The translations under genes were made by a program, and so were the position numbers. The notes beneath the pieces were generated by a model. It made no database searches. It was not told the DNA's origin and saw only the letters and a program-made list of their open reading frames with translations. Of a stretch of 64,000 nucleotides of DNA, positions 24,193 through 36,613 are shown in pieces. Positions within the stretch are counted from its first letter, which is position 1; every line of letters begins with the position of its first letter. Origin of the DNA: an uncultured delta proteobacterium (lineage in GTDB: Bacteria; Desulfobacterota; Desulfobacteria; Desulfobacterales; Desulfatirhabdiaceae); assembly GCA_963789395.1 (NCBI GenBank), contig CAWBKP010000024.1, positions 128,001 through 192,000 of the forward strand. The letters run 5' to 3'.

Positions 24193-26240
24193 ATGAATAC
24201 CCTGGACAGACTGTTTCAACCCAAATCATTTGCCGTTGTCGGGGCTTCGAATAACGAGGACAAGGTCGGCTATCATCTGGTTTATGCACTGCGAAATTTT
24301 CCCGGAAAACTGTATCCGATCAACCCCAAGGAAGCCGAAGTCCAGGGGCTGAAAGCCTATCCGAATCTGGCTTCAATCGGGCATCCTGTGGATATCGCGG
24401 CATTATGTATCCCGGCCAAAGCCTGTCTGGGCGCCATCAAGGAATGCGGAGAGGCGGGCGTTGGTGTTGTCTTTATTGCGGGCGGCGGTTTCGGTGAGGC
24501 GGATGAACAGGGAAAGAGTCTGCAGAATCAGGTGGTTGGAGCCTATCGTCAATACGGTGTCCGTCTTCTTGGCCCCAATACCTCCGGGTTCGTGAATCCG
24601 GCCATGGGACTTACGGCCAATTTTAATCCGCTGGTCAGCAATTTCAAGGCCGGCAATGTGGCTGTTGTATCGCAAAGTGGGGCAGTCAGCGTGGTGATCG
24701 GCACCGTGATTCAGTCCAACCGGCTGGGGGTCAGCATTGGCGTGGGGCTCGGGAATGCGCCGGATCTGGCGGTTCCTGAGGTTTTGGAATATCTTGCGGA
24801 TCACGAAACCACCAAAGCCATAGCGGTCTATCTGGAAGGCATCACGGACGGTCGCCGGCTGTATGAGGCCATTTATAAAACCACACAGAAAAAACCCGTG
24901 GTGGTTTTTACCGTCGGGCAGGCGGCGGACATCGGCGATTTCCAGCATGCCGCACCGGAAAATTGATCGGATCTTTTGCACTGAAAAAAGCTGCCATGAT
25001 CCAGGCCGGTGCCGTAGTGGTCTCCTCCAGCAACGATCTGATCGATGCCGCTCATGCCCTTTCCAAGGTAGACTCTGCCCGAAAGAAAATCCCGGAGTCG
25101 GCGTATTCAGCCGGTCAGGCCGGGCCCGCCATGATCATGACCGATTATCTGCGCCTTCGCTCGGTCAGTATTCCCGAGCTGAAGCCCGAGACGGTCGAAC
25201 GGATTGCTAAGGTGCTGCCGATAAAAACCTACATCAAAAATCCGGTCGATACGGCCCGCCCCTTTCACCATATTTTCTGGAAGCGCTTCAGATCATTGCC
25301 GAAGATCCCGATATTTCGATATTCTGGCCACCTATGCCATGCATGAACCCATGTGCGTGGAACCGGTTCCGCTGTATCGGACCATGAAGTCCCGTACCTG
25401 TAAACCCATGTTGTTTGCGACCTCCGGTCTGCCTGAAGATCTGGCCCCCATCCTTTGGGATCTGGAGTCCATGGATATCCCGGCATTCGTTTCTCCGGAC
25501 CGCACGGCAGTGGCCACCTGGGCGCTGGTAGAAGATGCCAAGGCCGCATATCGAAAAACCAGGCTGCCTGACGCAACGGACGATGCACGGGGAGTCGCGC
25601 CGCTGACCCAGTCTCCAAATGAAGCAGAAGCCAAGGCCATTTTGGCGAAACTGAATATTCCGGTCCCGCGGAATGCCGTTTGCAGCACGCATGCGGCGGA
25701 TCTGGATGCGTTTTCGAAACTGAACAAGCCCTGCGCATTAAAAATTCTGTCTGCTGCAGTCACCCACAAAACCGAAGTGGGAGGCGTTCACCTGAATATC
25801 GATCACCGAAGCGCTGCAGGCTGCCTTGAAGAAAATTGATGCCATTGATGCAGCCGGCGAAAAAGGATACCTGCTGGAAGAAATGGCAGCCAAAGAGATA
25901 GAAATGTATTGTCGGCGCTAAAAATAACCGTATTTCGGCCCGACGGTCATGATCGGTCTGGGAGGAACCGCAGCAGAGGCGCTGGGCGATGTCAGTATGC
26001 GTCTGGCCCCGTTGAACAAAGCGGACGCCCTGGATATGATCGGTGAATTGAAAAACAAAGGCATTGTTTGATGCCTGGCGGGGGGGCCCGGTCTATGACA
26101 GGGATGCGGTGGCCCGGACGCTGGTAACAATCGGGAACCTGGTGGCCCAGCATCCGGAAATGAGGGAAATGGACCTGAACCCGGTACGGGTGTATGAAAC
26201 CGGGATTCTGGTGCTGGATGCGCTGATGGTCTGCGGTTAG
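24193..26240 (+). CDS. ADP-forming acyl-CoA synthetase (fused CoA-binding/ATP-grasp), frameshifted
   Basis: AVVGAS, YPINPK, LLGPNTSG, SQSGA, NPVD, HKTEVGGV, FGPTVMIGLGG, EMDLNPV. Confidence 0.85.
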
Positions 26241-26259
26241 GGCAGGGGGGGCTGGATTT

Positions 26260-27972
26260 ATGCTTCTGGAAGGTTTCACAGCCTATGATGCAACGGATGC
26301 CGAACGCTACACCCGTCTGAGATGGTGGAGCGGGCTGACGTTCGGCGATGTTCTCGATAAGGCTGCGGATGTGTATCCGGGAAAAGAAGCTATCGTGGAT
26401 GACAGTGGCCGGTATACCTATGCCCAAATTCGGGAAAAAGCAGACCGCCTGGCAATCGGTCTGTATCATCTTGGCCTCCGGCCGCTGGATCGCGTCCTTG
26501 CTGCAGCTTTCCAACTGGCAGCGAGTTTGTTGTGGCCTATTTTTGCGCTGCAAAAAATCGGGGCAGTTCCCGTGGTGTTGATTGCCCGGTACCGCCAGTA
26601 TGAAATTGATCACCTGGCCCCGCATATCCGGCGCAACCGCCTGGATTGTCGCAGAACGTTTCAGAAAAACCGATTATCTTCCCATCATCGAAGACGTGTT
26701 GCACGATCACCCGCAGATCGCCTTGACCCTTCTGTGCCGGCGGGAACAACACCGGCACTTCCCGGACCTGAATGACGTGATCGACCGGACAGCTCTCGAT
26801 GAAGAACCCGGCGGCTTCTGGAAGTTTTTAGACCCGATCCATGCAGGATACACATGGGGCCGACCGGCGGGACAACCGGGCTTCCCAAGCTGGCTCCCCA
26901 TACCCACAACAATTATCTCTGCAAGGTTGAGTATTCGGCCAGGGCAAGCGAGTTCAACCAGAACACCGCCTGTTTGGTCGTTCTGCCTGCGGCGCATGAT
27001 TTGCCCTTTGCCAACGGCATTTGCGCCACGCTGTTTGCCTGCGGCCGACTGGTTCTCCAGAACCGGACCGACCCGGACAGTATCTGCCGTGCCATTCAGG
27101 ATGAGAAGATCAATACCGTCATCTGGGTTCCCACCCTGGCGTATCGGGTGCTGACCAGTTCGAGGCTGGATTGTTTTGACCTGAGCAGCCTGAAAACCAT
27201 TTATTGCGGCGGCGGTGACGGTTCCCGGAGTTGATTAAAACAGCGGTTGAAAAACTGAAATGTTCTTATATTTGCGGCTACGGGGGAACCGAGGGCATGC
27301 TGGTCACCACCCGTTGCCATGATAATACAAATGTCTGCTGCCGGACAATCGGCAAGCCAACCTGTCCGTATGACAGCTACAGGGTTGTCGATGACGCGGG
27401 ACGCGATCTACCACCCGGCGTCAACGGGAATCTGGTAGTCAAAGGACCCTCCATTTTCACCGGGTATTTCAATCAGTCCCGGGAGAACGCGCCAGTGTTT
27501 ACCCCGGAAGGATATTCTTCGTACCGGCGATTTGGCTGCCATCGATTCATCCGGCTATATTTCCCTGTGCGGACGGTCCAAAGACGCCCATCAGCGGGGC
27601 GGTGAAAGCATATTTCCGGCTGAAATCGAGAAATTGATCGAAGGGCATCCGGATGTGGCGATTGTATCGGTGGTGGGCATGCCGGAACCGGAAATAGGAG
27701 ACGCACGCTGCCTGATTTCCAAACAAGAACCCGGAAAGACGTTAACGGCGCCTCAGGTCATTCAATATGTGAAAGATCAGAAAGCATCCGTACTTCTGAC
27801 TCCCGAACGAATTGAATTCATGGACAGTATCCCATTGACGGCAACCGGCAAAATCGACAAGCTGGCACTGAAAGCCGATATCATCAGCAAACTGGGCCTT
27901 CGTCCGGATCAGGCCCAAAAACTCGTCTTCAATCCTGAAAATCTACAAACAAAGGAACCGACATGTCCCTGA
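26260..27972 (+). CDS. AMP-forming aryl/acyl-CoA ligase (DhbE-like), frameshifted
   Basis: AERY...WW, TGGTTGLPK..P.THN, YGGTEG, RGGE, PLTATGKIDK. Confidence 0.8.
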
Positions 27973-28725
27973 CAGCGGCGGAACAGGTGCGATATGACCG
28001 GCAGTTGATGCTCCCGGAAATCGGGGAAACCGGGCAGGTCCGGCTGAAAGCGGCCCGGGTCTTCATTGCAGGTCTTGGCGGGCTGGGGTCCGTGTCCGCG
28101 GGATATCTGGCTGCGGCAGGCGTGGGGTATCTGCGTATTGTCGATTCGGATCGGGTGGAACTGGGAAATCTGAATCAACAGATCCTGCACCGTACCCCGG
28201 ATATCGGAAAAATGCAAACTGATTCCGCCGTGGAAGGCCTTTCTGCGGTAAATCCGGCATGCAGCCTGGATACCGATAGCGGAAAAGATTACGATCGATA
28301 ATGTGGTGGATATGGTTAAGGGATGCACCCTGATTCTGGATGCAACCGACAATATCCAGACCAGAAAAGCCTTGAACCGGGCATCCATCGCGTTGAATCT
28401 GCAGTAATCCTGTCTCCGGGGATCGACGGTTTTTCCGGTATGTGTGACCACATTTGTGCCAAAAGAGACGCCTTGTTTCGAATGTCTGTTTCCGAATGAG
28501 GGTGGAAAAGCCGGTAAGATCGCTGCCATGGGTCCGATCGCCGGTCTGGTTGCCTCCCTGCAATGTCTGGAAGCCATGAAGATGATATTGAACCTGGATG
28601 GACTCTTGACCAATCGATTGCTGATCATCAACGGCAGGCATCTGTCTTTCCGGGAAATATCCATCAGGAAAAACAGGGAATGCCCCATCTGCACTGAAAG
28701 GAGAACCAATGCCGGAAAAACTAAC
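27963..28725 (+). CDS. ThiF/MoeB family adenylyltransferase, frameshifted
   Basis: RYDRQLML, GLGGLG, VELGNLNQQILH, DATDN, CFEC and CPIC. Confidence 0.85.
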
Positions 28726-28921
28726 CGTTATCATCAATGGCTGCGAAGAGCGCATTCCGGAGAACTCCACCATTTTGTCACTGCTGGAGCTCTTTCGGCG
28801 AGCATAATGACCATCTGATCGTCGAGCACAATGATTTTTTTGCTCCGCCGCATCGATATGATTCCATAAAGGTCAACGAAGGGGATGTGGTTCGGTTCTC
28901 AACCCCAATCTTGGCGGCTGA
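28709..28921 (+). CDS. ThiS/MoaD-like sulfur carrier, frameshifted
   Basis: MPEKLTVIING.., IVEHN, VNEGDVV; reconstructed C-terminus NPNLGG* (CTT GGC GGC TGA). Confidence 0.7.
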
Positions 28922-29006
28922 CGGAGTCCGATTGATACAGGCCATGAACCTGAATCATGCGTTTATGAACAATCTACAATCGTCAATTCAATTATAAGGG
29001 GAACTG

Positions 29007-29890
29007 ATGATTTTACCACGGTTTGAGTACTGTAAACGATTCAGGTTCCGAGGAGGCGGTATCCATTCTGGCCCAACATCCCGGCAAGGCAGAGCATAAT
29101 TGCCGGTGGCACGGATATCATGGTGAATATGAAACGAAGGGTGATCAAACCGGAACTTCTGGTGTCACTCCACAAACTGGATGAACTGAGAGGGTTTGCG
29201 CTCCAGGACAACGACCGATATCGTATCGGGGTATTAACCACCATGCATGAGGTGGCGGCATCCAGCGAAATAACCGGGTTTATTTCCCGCACTGGCAGCT
29301 GCTGCCGGAGGCATGGGATCACCGCAGATTCGAAACCGCGCCACCATCGGCGGCAACCTGGTATCATCGCGGCCGGCGCGCGGACTTCATCGGTCCATTG
29401 ATTGCCTACGATGCCCTGGTGCGGCTTCAGGGGGAATCTTGATGACCGCCTCGTGCCCGTGGATAGTTTCTGTACCGGTCCGGGCGAGTGTATTCTCTTC
29501 AATAATGAAATTATGACCGATATTTTTCTGAATACACCAAGCCGGGAACCCGTGGGGTTTATGTCAAGTTCGGAACCCGAAAAACGATGGAAATTTCTAT
29601 CATCAGCGTGACAACAGTCATGCAGTTTGATCCCGGTGAGGTGTGTCAGGATGCGCGGATTGTCCTGGGTGCGGTTGCCCCAACGTTTATCCGTGCGCCT
29701 GAAGCTGAAAATCTGCTGAAGGGTCAGAAAATCACGGCCGAACTGGCGCAGAAAGCCGGTGAACTGGCAGCCCGGAACTGCAACCCGATCACCGATATCC
29801 GCGCCACGGCCGAGTATCGAAAAATGCTGGTCGAAGCGGTGACAAAAAAAGCATTCTTCAACTGGGAAGTTAACATAAATACTGCAGGAG
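29007..29890 (+). CDS. Xanthine dehydrogenase family FAD subunit, frameshifted
   Basis: MILPRFEY, IAGGTD, GSPQIRNRATIGGNL, GAVAPT, PITDIRATAEYR. Confidence 0.85.
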
Positions 29891-29895
29891 ACGAT

Positions 29896-30378
29896 ATGAA
29901 AAATGTCATAACACTCAAGATCAACGGGACAACCCATGAGCTGCTGATCGATCCCAATGCCACACTGGCGCAGGTACTGCGCGGCAAGCAACTGAATTTA
30001 ACCGGCACCAAACAGGCTTGCGAGCTTGGCGACTGCGGGGCCTGTACCGTCATTATGGATGGCAAAGCCGTCAATTCCTGTCTGGTGCTGGCCATGCAGG
30101 CGGATGGCTTCGAAATCACCTCGATAGAGGGTCTTGCCGTTGACGGCAAACTGAGTCCGATTCAGGAATCTTTTATCGACGCTGGCGCGATTCAGTGCGG
30201 GTTCTGTTCATCCGGAATGATGATGAGCGCCAAAGCCCTGCTGGATCAAAATCCCTCGCCTTCCCGTAGCAGTCCGTCACGGCATTGCCGGCAACCTTTG
30301 CCGGTGCACCAGATACTATAAATCGTTAATGCCATTGAAATAACGGCGAAAAACTGCCGCAATCAGGGGGGGCAATAA
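29896..30378 (+). CDS. Xanthine dehydrogenase family 2Fe-2S subunit
   Basis: GTKQACELGDCGACTV, QCGFC; C-terminal frameshift. Confidence 0.9.
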
Positions 30379-32860
30379 TGGAAGACCATACCAACCAATC
30401 CTACTCTGTTATTGGAAAGCGGCATGTCCGAAAAGGCGTTCCGGAAAAAGCGACCGGCCAGGCCAAATACACCGCTGATATTTCCTTTCCCGATATGCTG
30501 GAAGGGGTGCTTTGCAGCGTCCTGGCCCATGCCCGGATACGGAATATCGACACGTCAAAAGCCCTGCGGCTACCGGAGTCAAGGCGGTCATCACCGCGGC
30601 GGATACCGGAAATGTTTTGTGGGGACATTCCCCGGCCAGGTTTGATGAACATACCCTGGCGGTTGATAAATTCCGGCACATCGGGGATCAGATTGCGGCC
30701 GTGGCGGCTATTGACGAGCAAACCGCAAAGGAAGCCCTGGAGCTGATCAGTGTCGATTATGAGGAGCTTCCGTTTGTGCTGGATCCACTGGATGCCCTGG
30801 CAGAGGCGCGCCGGTGATTCATGACCGGTATCCGGACAATATCACGGCTCAGGTTCACAATCATTTCGGCGATGTGGAAAAAGCTTTTGCCCAAGCCTAT
30901 CACATCCGGACAGACCGGTTTGTAAACAGCAAAACCGATGGCGTCATGATGGAGCCGCAGGCCTGTTTGGCCAAATTTGATTTTTCCGGCAGACTGACGC
31001 TCTGGACATCCACGCAGGTATCGCATTATGTTCAGCGCACCCTGGCCATAGCCCTGAAGATGCCGGTGGATCATATACGCGTCATTGCGCCCTATGTCGG
31101 CGGGGGATTGGACCCAAAGCCTCTACCAACCCGTATGAACCCATCACCTGTTTTCTGGCCAAAGTCACCCGAAGGCCGGTTCGTCTGGTTCTGGACCGGG
31201 AACAGGTTTTCTGGCACAATCGTGCCAGGCACAAATACGTGCATGAAATGAAAACCGCCGTGGACAAGGATGGATATCTGCTGGGTCTGGAACATCTGTC
31301 CGTGCTGGACGGCGGGGCGTACAGCAGTTTCGGGGTAATTACCGCCTATTACAATGGGTCCCTTTTGACGGGCCCGTACCGGCTGCCTGCATGAAATATG
31401 ACGGTATCCGGATTTACACCAACAAACCGGCATCCGGCTCGCTTCGGGGACACGGCGGCATCAGCAACCGGGTATGTTTTGAAGCCCAGCTGGATATGAT
31501 TGCCCGGGATATCGGCATTGATCCCATCGAGCTGCGGCTGAAAAACCGAATGCACCATAATGATACCACCTGCTGCGGATACTATGCCGGAAACCTGAGT
31601 GTGGGTGAATGTCTGGAAGCGGCGCGGGATGATGCCAAATGGCCTGAAAAAAAAGGAAAACTGCCGGCAAACAAGGGAATCGGCGTTGCGACCGGATTCT
31701 TTGTTTCCGGCGCCGGGGCCTGTGTATACCGTACCGACATTCCGCATTCCGCCGTCGTTCTGCGGGTAGCCGATGACGGCAGCCGGGTATCGGCTTTTTC
31801 CGGATCCAATGAACTGGGGCAGGGATCGGATACCGTCATTGCCATGATCGCGGCGGAAGTTCTGGGTCTTACGGTCGATGATATTGAAGTGACTTCCGGT
31901 GATACGGGGCTTTGTCCCGTGGATCTTGGCGCCTATTCCAGCAGGCAGACCCTGATGACCGGAAATGCCACCAAGAAAGCGGCCGAAGCCATCAAGTCCC
32001 AGATTCTGGATACGGTTTCCGAACTATTTGAAATGCCAGTCGCGTCATTTGAAATGCGGGACGGCAGGATTCTGGGCACGGAGAAAAACCCGGACAAGAT
32101 CCAACTGCTGCGGGACATCTATCGACGGGATCATCGCGGGTTTAACCCCGTTGATATTCCCAAGGAAGGTCCCTTGACTTTTAAGGAAATCAACCGCTAC
32201 CTGTATGCCAAAAACGGACCTGTCATGGGAAAGGGAACATACGAACCCGGTGAGATCCAGGAGTTTAAGGATTGGAAAGGCTCGGCCGTCGGGTCATCGC
32301 CGGCATATTCGACCCAGACCTGCATTGCAGAGGTTTCGGTTGATCCGGATACCGGAAAACTCTCGGTGGATAAAGTCACTCTGGCCCACGACTGCGGATT
32401 TGCCCTGAATATTACCGCGGTTGAGGGCCAGATGGAAGGCTCCATGTGCCATGGATTGAGCGAGGCCCTGTTTGAAGAAATGTTATTCGACAGCAAGGGC
32501 CGCCTTGTCAACCGCACACTGGGGGATTACAAGATCGCTACGGCCCTGGATGTTCCCGAGCTGAGCGCGGTGGTGATCGAAAGCAATGAGCCCGGCGGCC
32601 CGTTCGGCGCAAAGGAAGTCGGTGAAGGCTGCATCATACCGATCCTGCCGGCCATTATCAATGCGGTCTATGATGCCTGCGGTGTCGTCATCATGGATTT
32701 GCCGATTACTTCGGAAAAGATTCTAAAAGCGATCAAGGCAAAGGATGCTGCCAAAACAGACCGGTTTATATTTGAACCTCCGGCCCCTGCCCTCAAACTG
32801 CTGGAAAAAGGCCGGGAAATTACCCGTATCTGGGAAAAACAAATGAAAGAAAAGAAATAA
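30378..32860 (+). CDS. Xanthine dehydrogenase family molybdopterin subunit, HcrA-like; N-half frameshifted
   Basis: KATGQAKYTAD, MEPQ, VGGG, LRGHG, ELGQG, YSSRQT, GPFGAKEVGE. Confidence 0.88.
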
Positions 32861-32972
32861 TCCTTTTCACCACTGGCCCTCTTCCCCGGTTTCAGGGGAG
32901 AGAACAGTGGCAAATCGCATTTCGCATATCGATGTTTCTCATAACCCCTATCTTGCAACTTTATAGAGACAT

Positions 32973-33995
32973 ATGAAAACGATTCCGGTTACAGAGGCAA
33001 TCGGCATGATTCTGGCCCATGATATCACACGGATCGATCCGGGTGTATACAAGGGGCCGGCATTTAAAAAAGGTCACCGTATCGGCGATCATGACATTCA
33101 GATTCTGCTGGATATCGGCAAAGAGAATGTCTATGTTCTGGAGCTGAAACCTGGCTCGGTCCATGAGAATGAAGCTGCCGAACGGATTGCCCGGGCAGCG
33201 GCCGGGCCGGGCCTGAGCCTGACCGATCCATCCGAGGGGCGCATCAATCTGATCACGACCGTTCCCGGCCTGCTCAAAATTGACACCGCCGGGCTCAACC
33301 GGCTAAATGCCATCCAGGACATGTCTTTTGCATCTCTTCATTCCAATCATGCCGTTCAGGCAGGTATTCCGGTAGCCGGTACGCGGGTCATACCGCTGGT
33401 GGTTCAGGACGCGCTGGTGTCCGAGGCGGAACATGTCTGCAGGGAGTGCTACCCCCTGATTCAGGTCAAAGCGTTTCAGCCCTTCAGGGTCGGGATGGTT
33501 ACCACCGGAAGCGAAGTGTATCATGGCAGAATCCAGGACAAATTCGGTCCGGTGGTCACGGAAAAATTCAACGGGCTGGGCAGTTCCATCACCCGGCAGA
33601 TTCTGGTTTCCGACGATATTGATATGACCGTTGCCGCAATACATGAATTGATTCGGGAAGGGGCCGGGATGGTGGTTCTGACGGGTGGTATGTCCGTAGA
33701 CCCGGATGACCAGACACCGGCTGCTATTCGGGCCACCGGCGCCACCGTCATCACGTATGGCGCACCTGTTTTTCCCGGCGCCATGTTCATGCTGGCCTAT
33801 CTTGACGGCATCCCGCTTCTGGGGTTGCCCGGATGCGTCATGTACTGCCGGACCAGCATTTTCGATTTGATCGTTCCCCGGATTCTGGCCGGTGAGAAAG
33901 TGACCCGGGATGATATTACCCGCCTGGGGTACGGGGGATTCTGCATGGCCTGTGCAGACTGCCGCTACCCGGCTTGCAGCTTCGGGAAGATATAG
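32973..33995 (+). CDS. Molybdopterin-binding MoeA-like protein
   Basis: AHDITRI, TTGSEV, TGGMSVDPDDQTP, GLPGC, C-terminal CxxCxxCxYPxC. Confidence 0.85.
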   Translation: MKTIPVTEAIGMILAHDITRIDPGVYKGPAFKKGHRIGDHDIQILLDIGKENVYVLELKPGSVHENEAAERIARAAAGPGLSLTDPSEGRINLITTVPGLLKIDTAGLNRLNAIQDMSFASLHSNHAVQAGIPVAGTRVIPLVVQDALVSEAEHVCRECYPLIQVKAFQPFRVGMVTTGSEVYHGRIQDKFGPVVTEKFNGLGSSITRQILVSDDIDMTVAAIHELIREGAGMVVLTGGMSVDPDDQTPAAIRATGATVITYGAPVFPGAMFMLAYLDGIPLLGLPGCVMYCRTSIFDLIVPRILAGEKVTRDDITRLGYGGFCMACADCRYPACSFGKI

Positions 33996-34457
33996 TATTG
34001 CGTAGAAAAACATTGTCTTAGGTTGTTTCCACATTTAAAAACAGATTGAAAAATATAAAACAGTGACTTTTTGACGTCAAAAACGGATATTATTATGGAT
34101 TCCGTTGTTTGGTCCCGTCGAATGTCAAAAGAGCATCTGATCGTTAATGTTGTTGGGCATGAAAAAATCGATTTCGCATTAGCACGCTATCATTATTGAA
34201 CCCATTCCCCAAAAAGCATCTCTGTTACCTCCGCCAAAAAATAATCTCGTTAAAGACCAGCCTGACATATTGCGATACAATCATAAATCTGATACTAAAC
34301 TCAAAGCAGAGTAGGGGGGATATTTCCCGTGTCATGGCTGGAATGAAAGTTGACAGTTATGGCACTATGCAGCTGTCCAAAACACTGAACGCGCATACCT
34401 TCTCGATCTTAAAGCCCGCATCAAGACTGTGGGCAAATGCATAGGAAATACTTCAGA

Positions 34458-35381
34458 ATGAAACCCTTAGCTGATCTTCAGGTGACAATAGCCGGACTCA
34501 GCCTGAAAAATCCGGTCATGACGGCCTCCGGGACTTTCGGGTATGCCAGTGAGTTTGTCGATCTGATGGATCTGAACCGCCTGGGAGCCATTGTGGTCAA
34601 GGGCCTTTCCCTTGAGCCTTCCATCGGCAACCCGCCGCCCCGGATTGTGGAGACCCCGTGCGGGATGCTGAATGCCATCGGCCTGGAAAACGTCGGAATC
34701 AAGGCATTTATCACCGAAAAACTGCCGTTTTTACGGACACTGTCTCCACCGCTGATCGTCAATATTTACGGAAAATGCATCGAAGAGTATTGCGAGCTTG
34801 CCCGCCGTATCGCGGATGTTGACGGCATTTCAGCTATCGAGGTCAACATTTCCTGCCCCAATGTCAAATCCGGCGGCATTGCCTTTGGCGTGGATCCGCA
34901 GGCCGCCTTTGATGTGATCAGCGCGGTTCGAACGCACATTTCCAAAACACTGATCGTAAAGCTTTCTCCGAATGTCACGGATATCACCCAGATTGCCCGA
35001 AGCGTCGTGGATGCCGGGGCCGACTGCTTGTCTCTAATCAACACCCTGACCGGTATGGTGATTGATATTGAAACCAGGCGACCGAAACTGGCCAATATCA
35101 CCGGCGGGTTGTCGGGTCCCGCCATTCGACCGGTGGCGGTGCGAATGGTCTGGCAGGTTGCACAGGCCGTCTCGGTGCCGATCATCGGCATCGGCGGCAT
35201 CATGACGGCATCCGATGCCCTGGAATTTCTCATTGCCGGTGCTTCGGCCGTTCAGGTGGGAACCGCCAATTTTGTAAATCCCCGGGCGACGCTGGATATC
35301 ATCGATGGCATTGAGGTGTTTATGGCTAAACACCATATCAAAAAACTGTCCGATATCACCGGTACCCTGAAAACCGGATAA
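34458..35381 (+). CDS. pyrD: Dihydroorotate dehydrogenase family 1B catalytic subunit
   Basis: [37 protein letters not shown]. Confidence 0.95.
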   Translation: MKPLADLQVTIAGLSLKNPVMTASGTFGYASEFVDLMDLNRLGAIVVKGLSLEPSIGNPPPRIVETPCGMLNAIGLENVGIKAFITEKLPFLRTLSPPLIVNIYGKCIEEYCELARRIADVDGISAIEVNISCPNVKSGGIAFGVDPQAAFDVISAVRTHISKTLIVKLSPNVTDITQIARSVVDAGADCLSLINTLTGMVIDIETRRPKLANITGGLSGPAIRPVAVRMVWQVAQAVSVPIIGIGGIMTASDALEFLIAGASAVQVGTANFVNPRATLDIIDGIEVFMAKHHIKKLSDITGTLKTG

Positions 35382-35454
35382 GGGACAAAAATGGAGTTAT
35401 CCATATTTGGTCCGGTGTCCGGAAACGGGAGTTTTATCAAGAAAGGATGGGGTT

Positions 35455-35925
35455 ATGGAATTCAAAAGCTATCAAGCCATTATCGAATTCGCCATTGAAA
35501 AGGAAATAGAGGCCGCCTCTTTTTATGAGGAAGCGGCCGGAAGTGAGGCCCGGGAGGAAACCCGGAAAATGTTTCTCGATTTTGCAAAGGAAGAGCGAAA
35601 GCATCAATATCTTCTGGAAAACCTGGACTGTTCGGGCGAATGCACTCTGGTGACTCTGGATTATAAATTCAAATGGATCGGTGATCTCAAGCGCAGCGAT
35701 CTGATGGTGGATATTGTCTGGAAGCAGGGAATGTCCTATCGGGATATTCTGCTCATTGCCATGAAACGGGAAGAAAAGGCGCTGAAGCTTTATAATGAGT
35801 TGCTACAGCAGTCTGAAACCGAAACCGCCAGAAATATTTTTAAAATTCTCTGCCAGGAAGAAGCCCGGCATAAGCTGGGGCTGGAAAAGCTTTACGATGA
35901 GTATATGGAACAAATGGGGGATTGA
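35455..35925 (+). CDS. Ferritin-like/rubrerythrin family protein
   Basis: Paired E..A..FY and EExxH motifs (EERKH, EEARH). Confidence 0.85.
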   Translation: MEFKSYQAIIEFAIEKEIEAASFYEEAAGSEAREETRKMFLDFAKEERKHQYLLENLDCSGECTLVTLDYKFKWIGDLKRSDLMVDIVWKQGMSYRDILLIAMKREEKALKLYNELLQQSETETARNIFKILCQEEARHKLGLEKLYDEYMEQMGD

Positions 35926-35992
35926 CGGCGGGGCAGTTGGCAAAGCCATCGAAAAGCACTGGTTAACAACCTTAACGGAAAGGAGTTATCGC

Positions 35993-36532
35993 ATGAGTCG
36001 AAAGTTGATGATGGTCTTGAGTCTGATTGGGGCTGTATTGTTCTGGAGTTCCATGGCGAATGCGGAAAAGCTTATGGGGGGGATGAAGGCGTCCGACTGG
36101 TCATTCCCGGATGCAGAAGGAAAATCCTTTTCAATGGCTTCCTGGGATGGAAAGGTGCTGTTGGTCACTTACGTGGATCCGGACGAGTCAGACCTGAACG
36201 AGCATTTTACCGATGCCATGAAAAAAGCCAAAGATCAGGGACTTCTGAAGGATGCAACCTACAAGGGGATTGGAATCGCGGACTGCAAGGCCACCTGGAA
36301 ACCCGATGTCCTCATCCGGTCAATTGCCGGGAACAAAGCCAAGAAATACAATACCACCATCTTGTTTGATTATGACGCCACGCTCAGAAATGCCTGGGGT
36401 CTGGACATAGACACATCCAATGTTATCCTTCTGGATAAAAACCGGGTTGTCCAGGTGATCGTCCGGGGAAAAGTACCGGAAAGCGAAGTGGCTTCCATTG
36501 TCCAGATAGCCATTGATCTCCAGAATAAATAA
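35993..36532 (+). CDS. Exported thioredoxin-like protein, YtfJ-like
   Basis: Signal peptide; GKV..VTYVDPD, AWGL, ILLDK; AAGGAG RBS. Confidence 0.65.
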   Translation: MSRKLMMVLSLIGAVLFWSSMANAEKLMGGMKASDWSFPDAEGKSFSMASWDGKVLLVTYVDPDESDLNEHFTDAMKKAKDQGLLKDATYKGIGIADCKATWKPDVLIRSIAGNKAKKYNTTILFDYDATLRNAWGLDIDTSNVILLDKNRVVQVIVRGKVPESEVASIVQIAIDLQNK

Positions 36533-36611
36533 TGGGTGATGGGTAATGGGTCAGAAGCCGTTATTGGTTGCCCTTATCTTCCGAGTTCCGAACCCATTAC
36601 CTATAACCCCT
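36530..36611. repeat. Heptamer-repeat palindromic element
   Basis: (TRATGGG)x3 with a degenerate inverted ACCCATT arm, between convergent genes. Confidence 0.6.
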
Positions 36612-36613
36612 GT

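Noticed and set aside
29587..30321. Apparent FAD/2Fe-2S subunit fusion
   Set aside because: An internal AGGAG RBS and ATG at 29896 indicate a separate gene; the missing stop is probably due to an indel.
22700..31400. In-frame TGA as selenocysteine in the acyl-CoA dehydrogenase or Mo enzyme
   Set aside because: The stops examined coincide with frame changes rather than conserved Cys positions.
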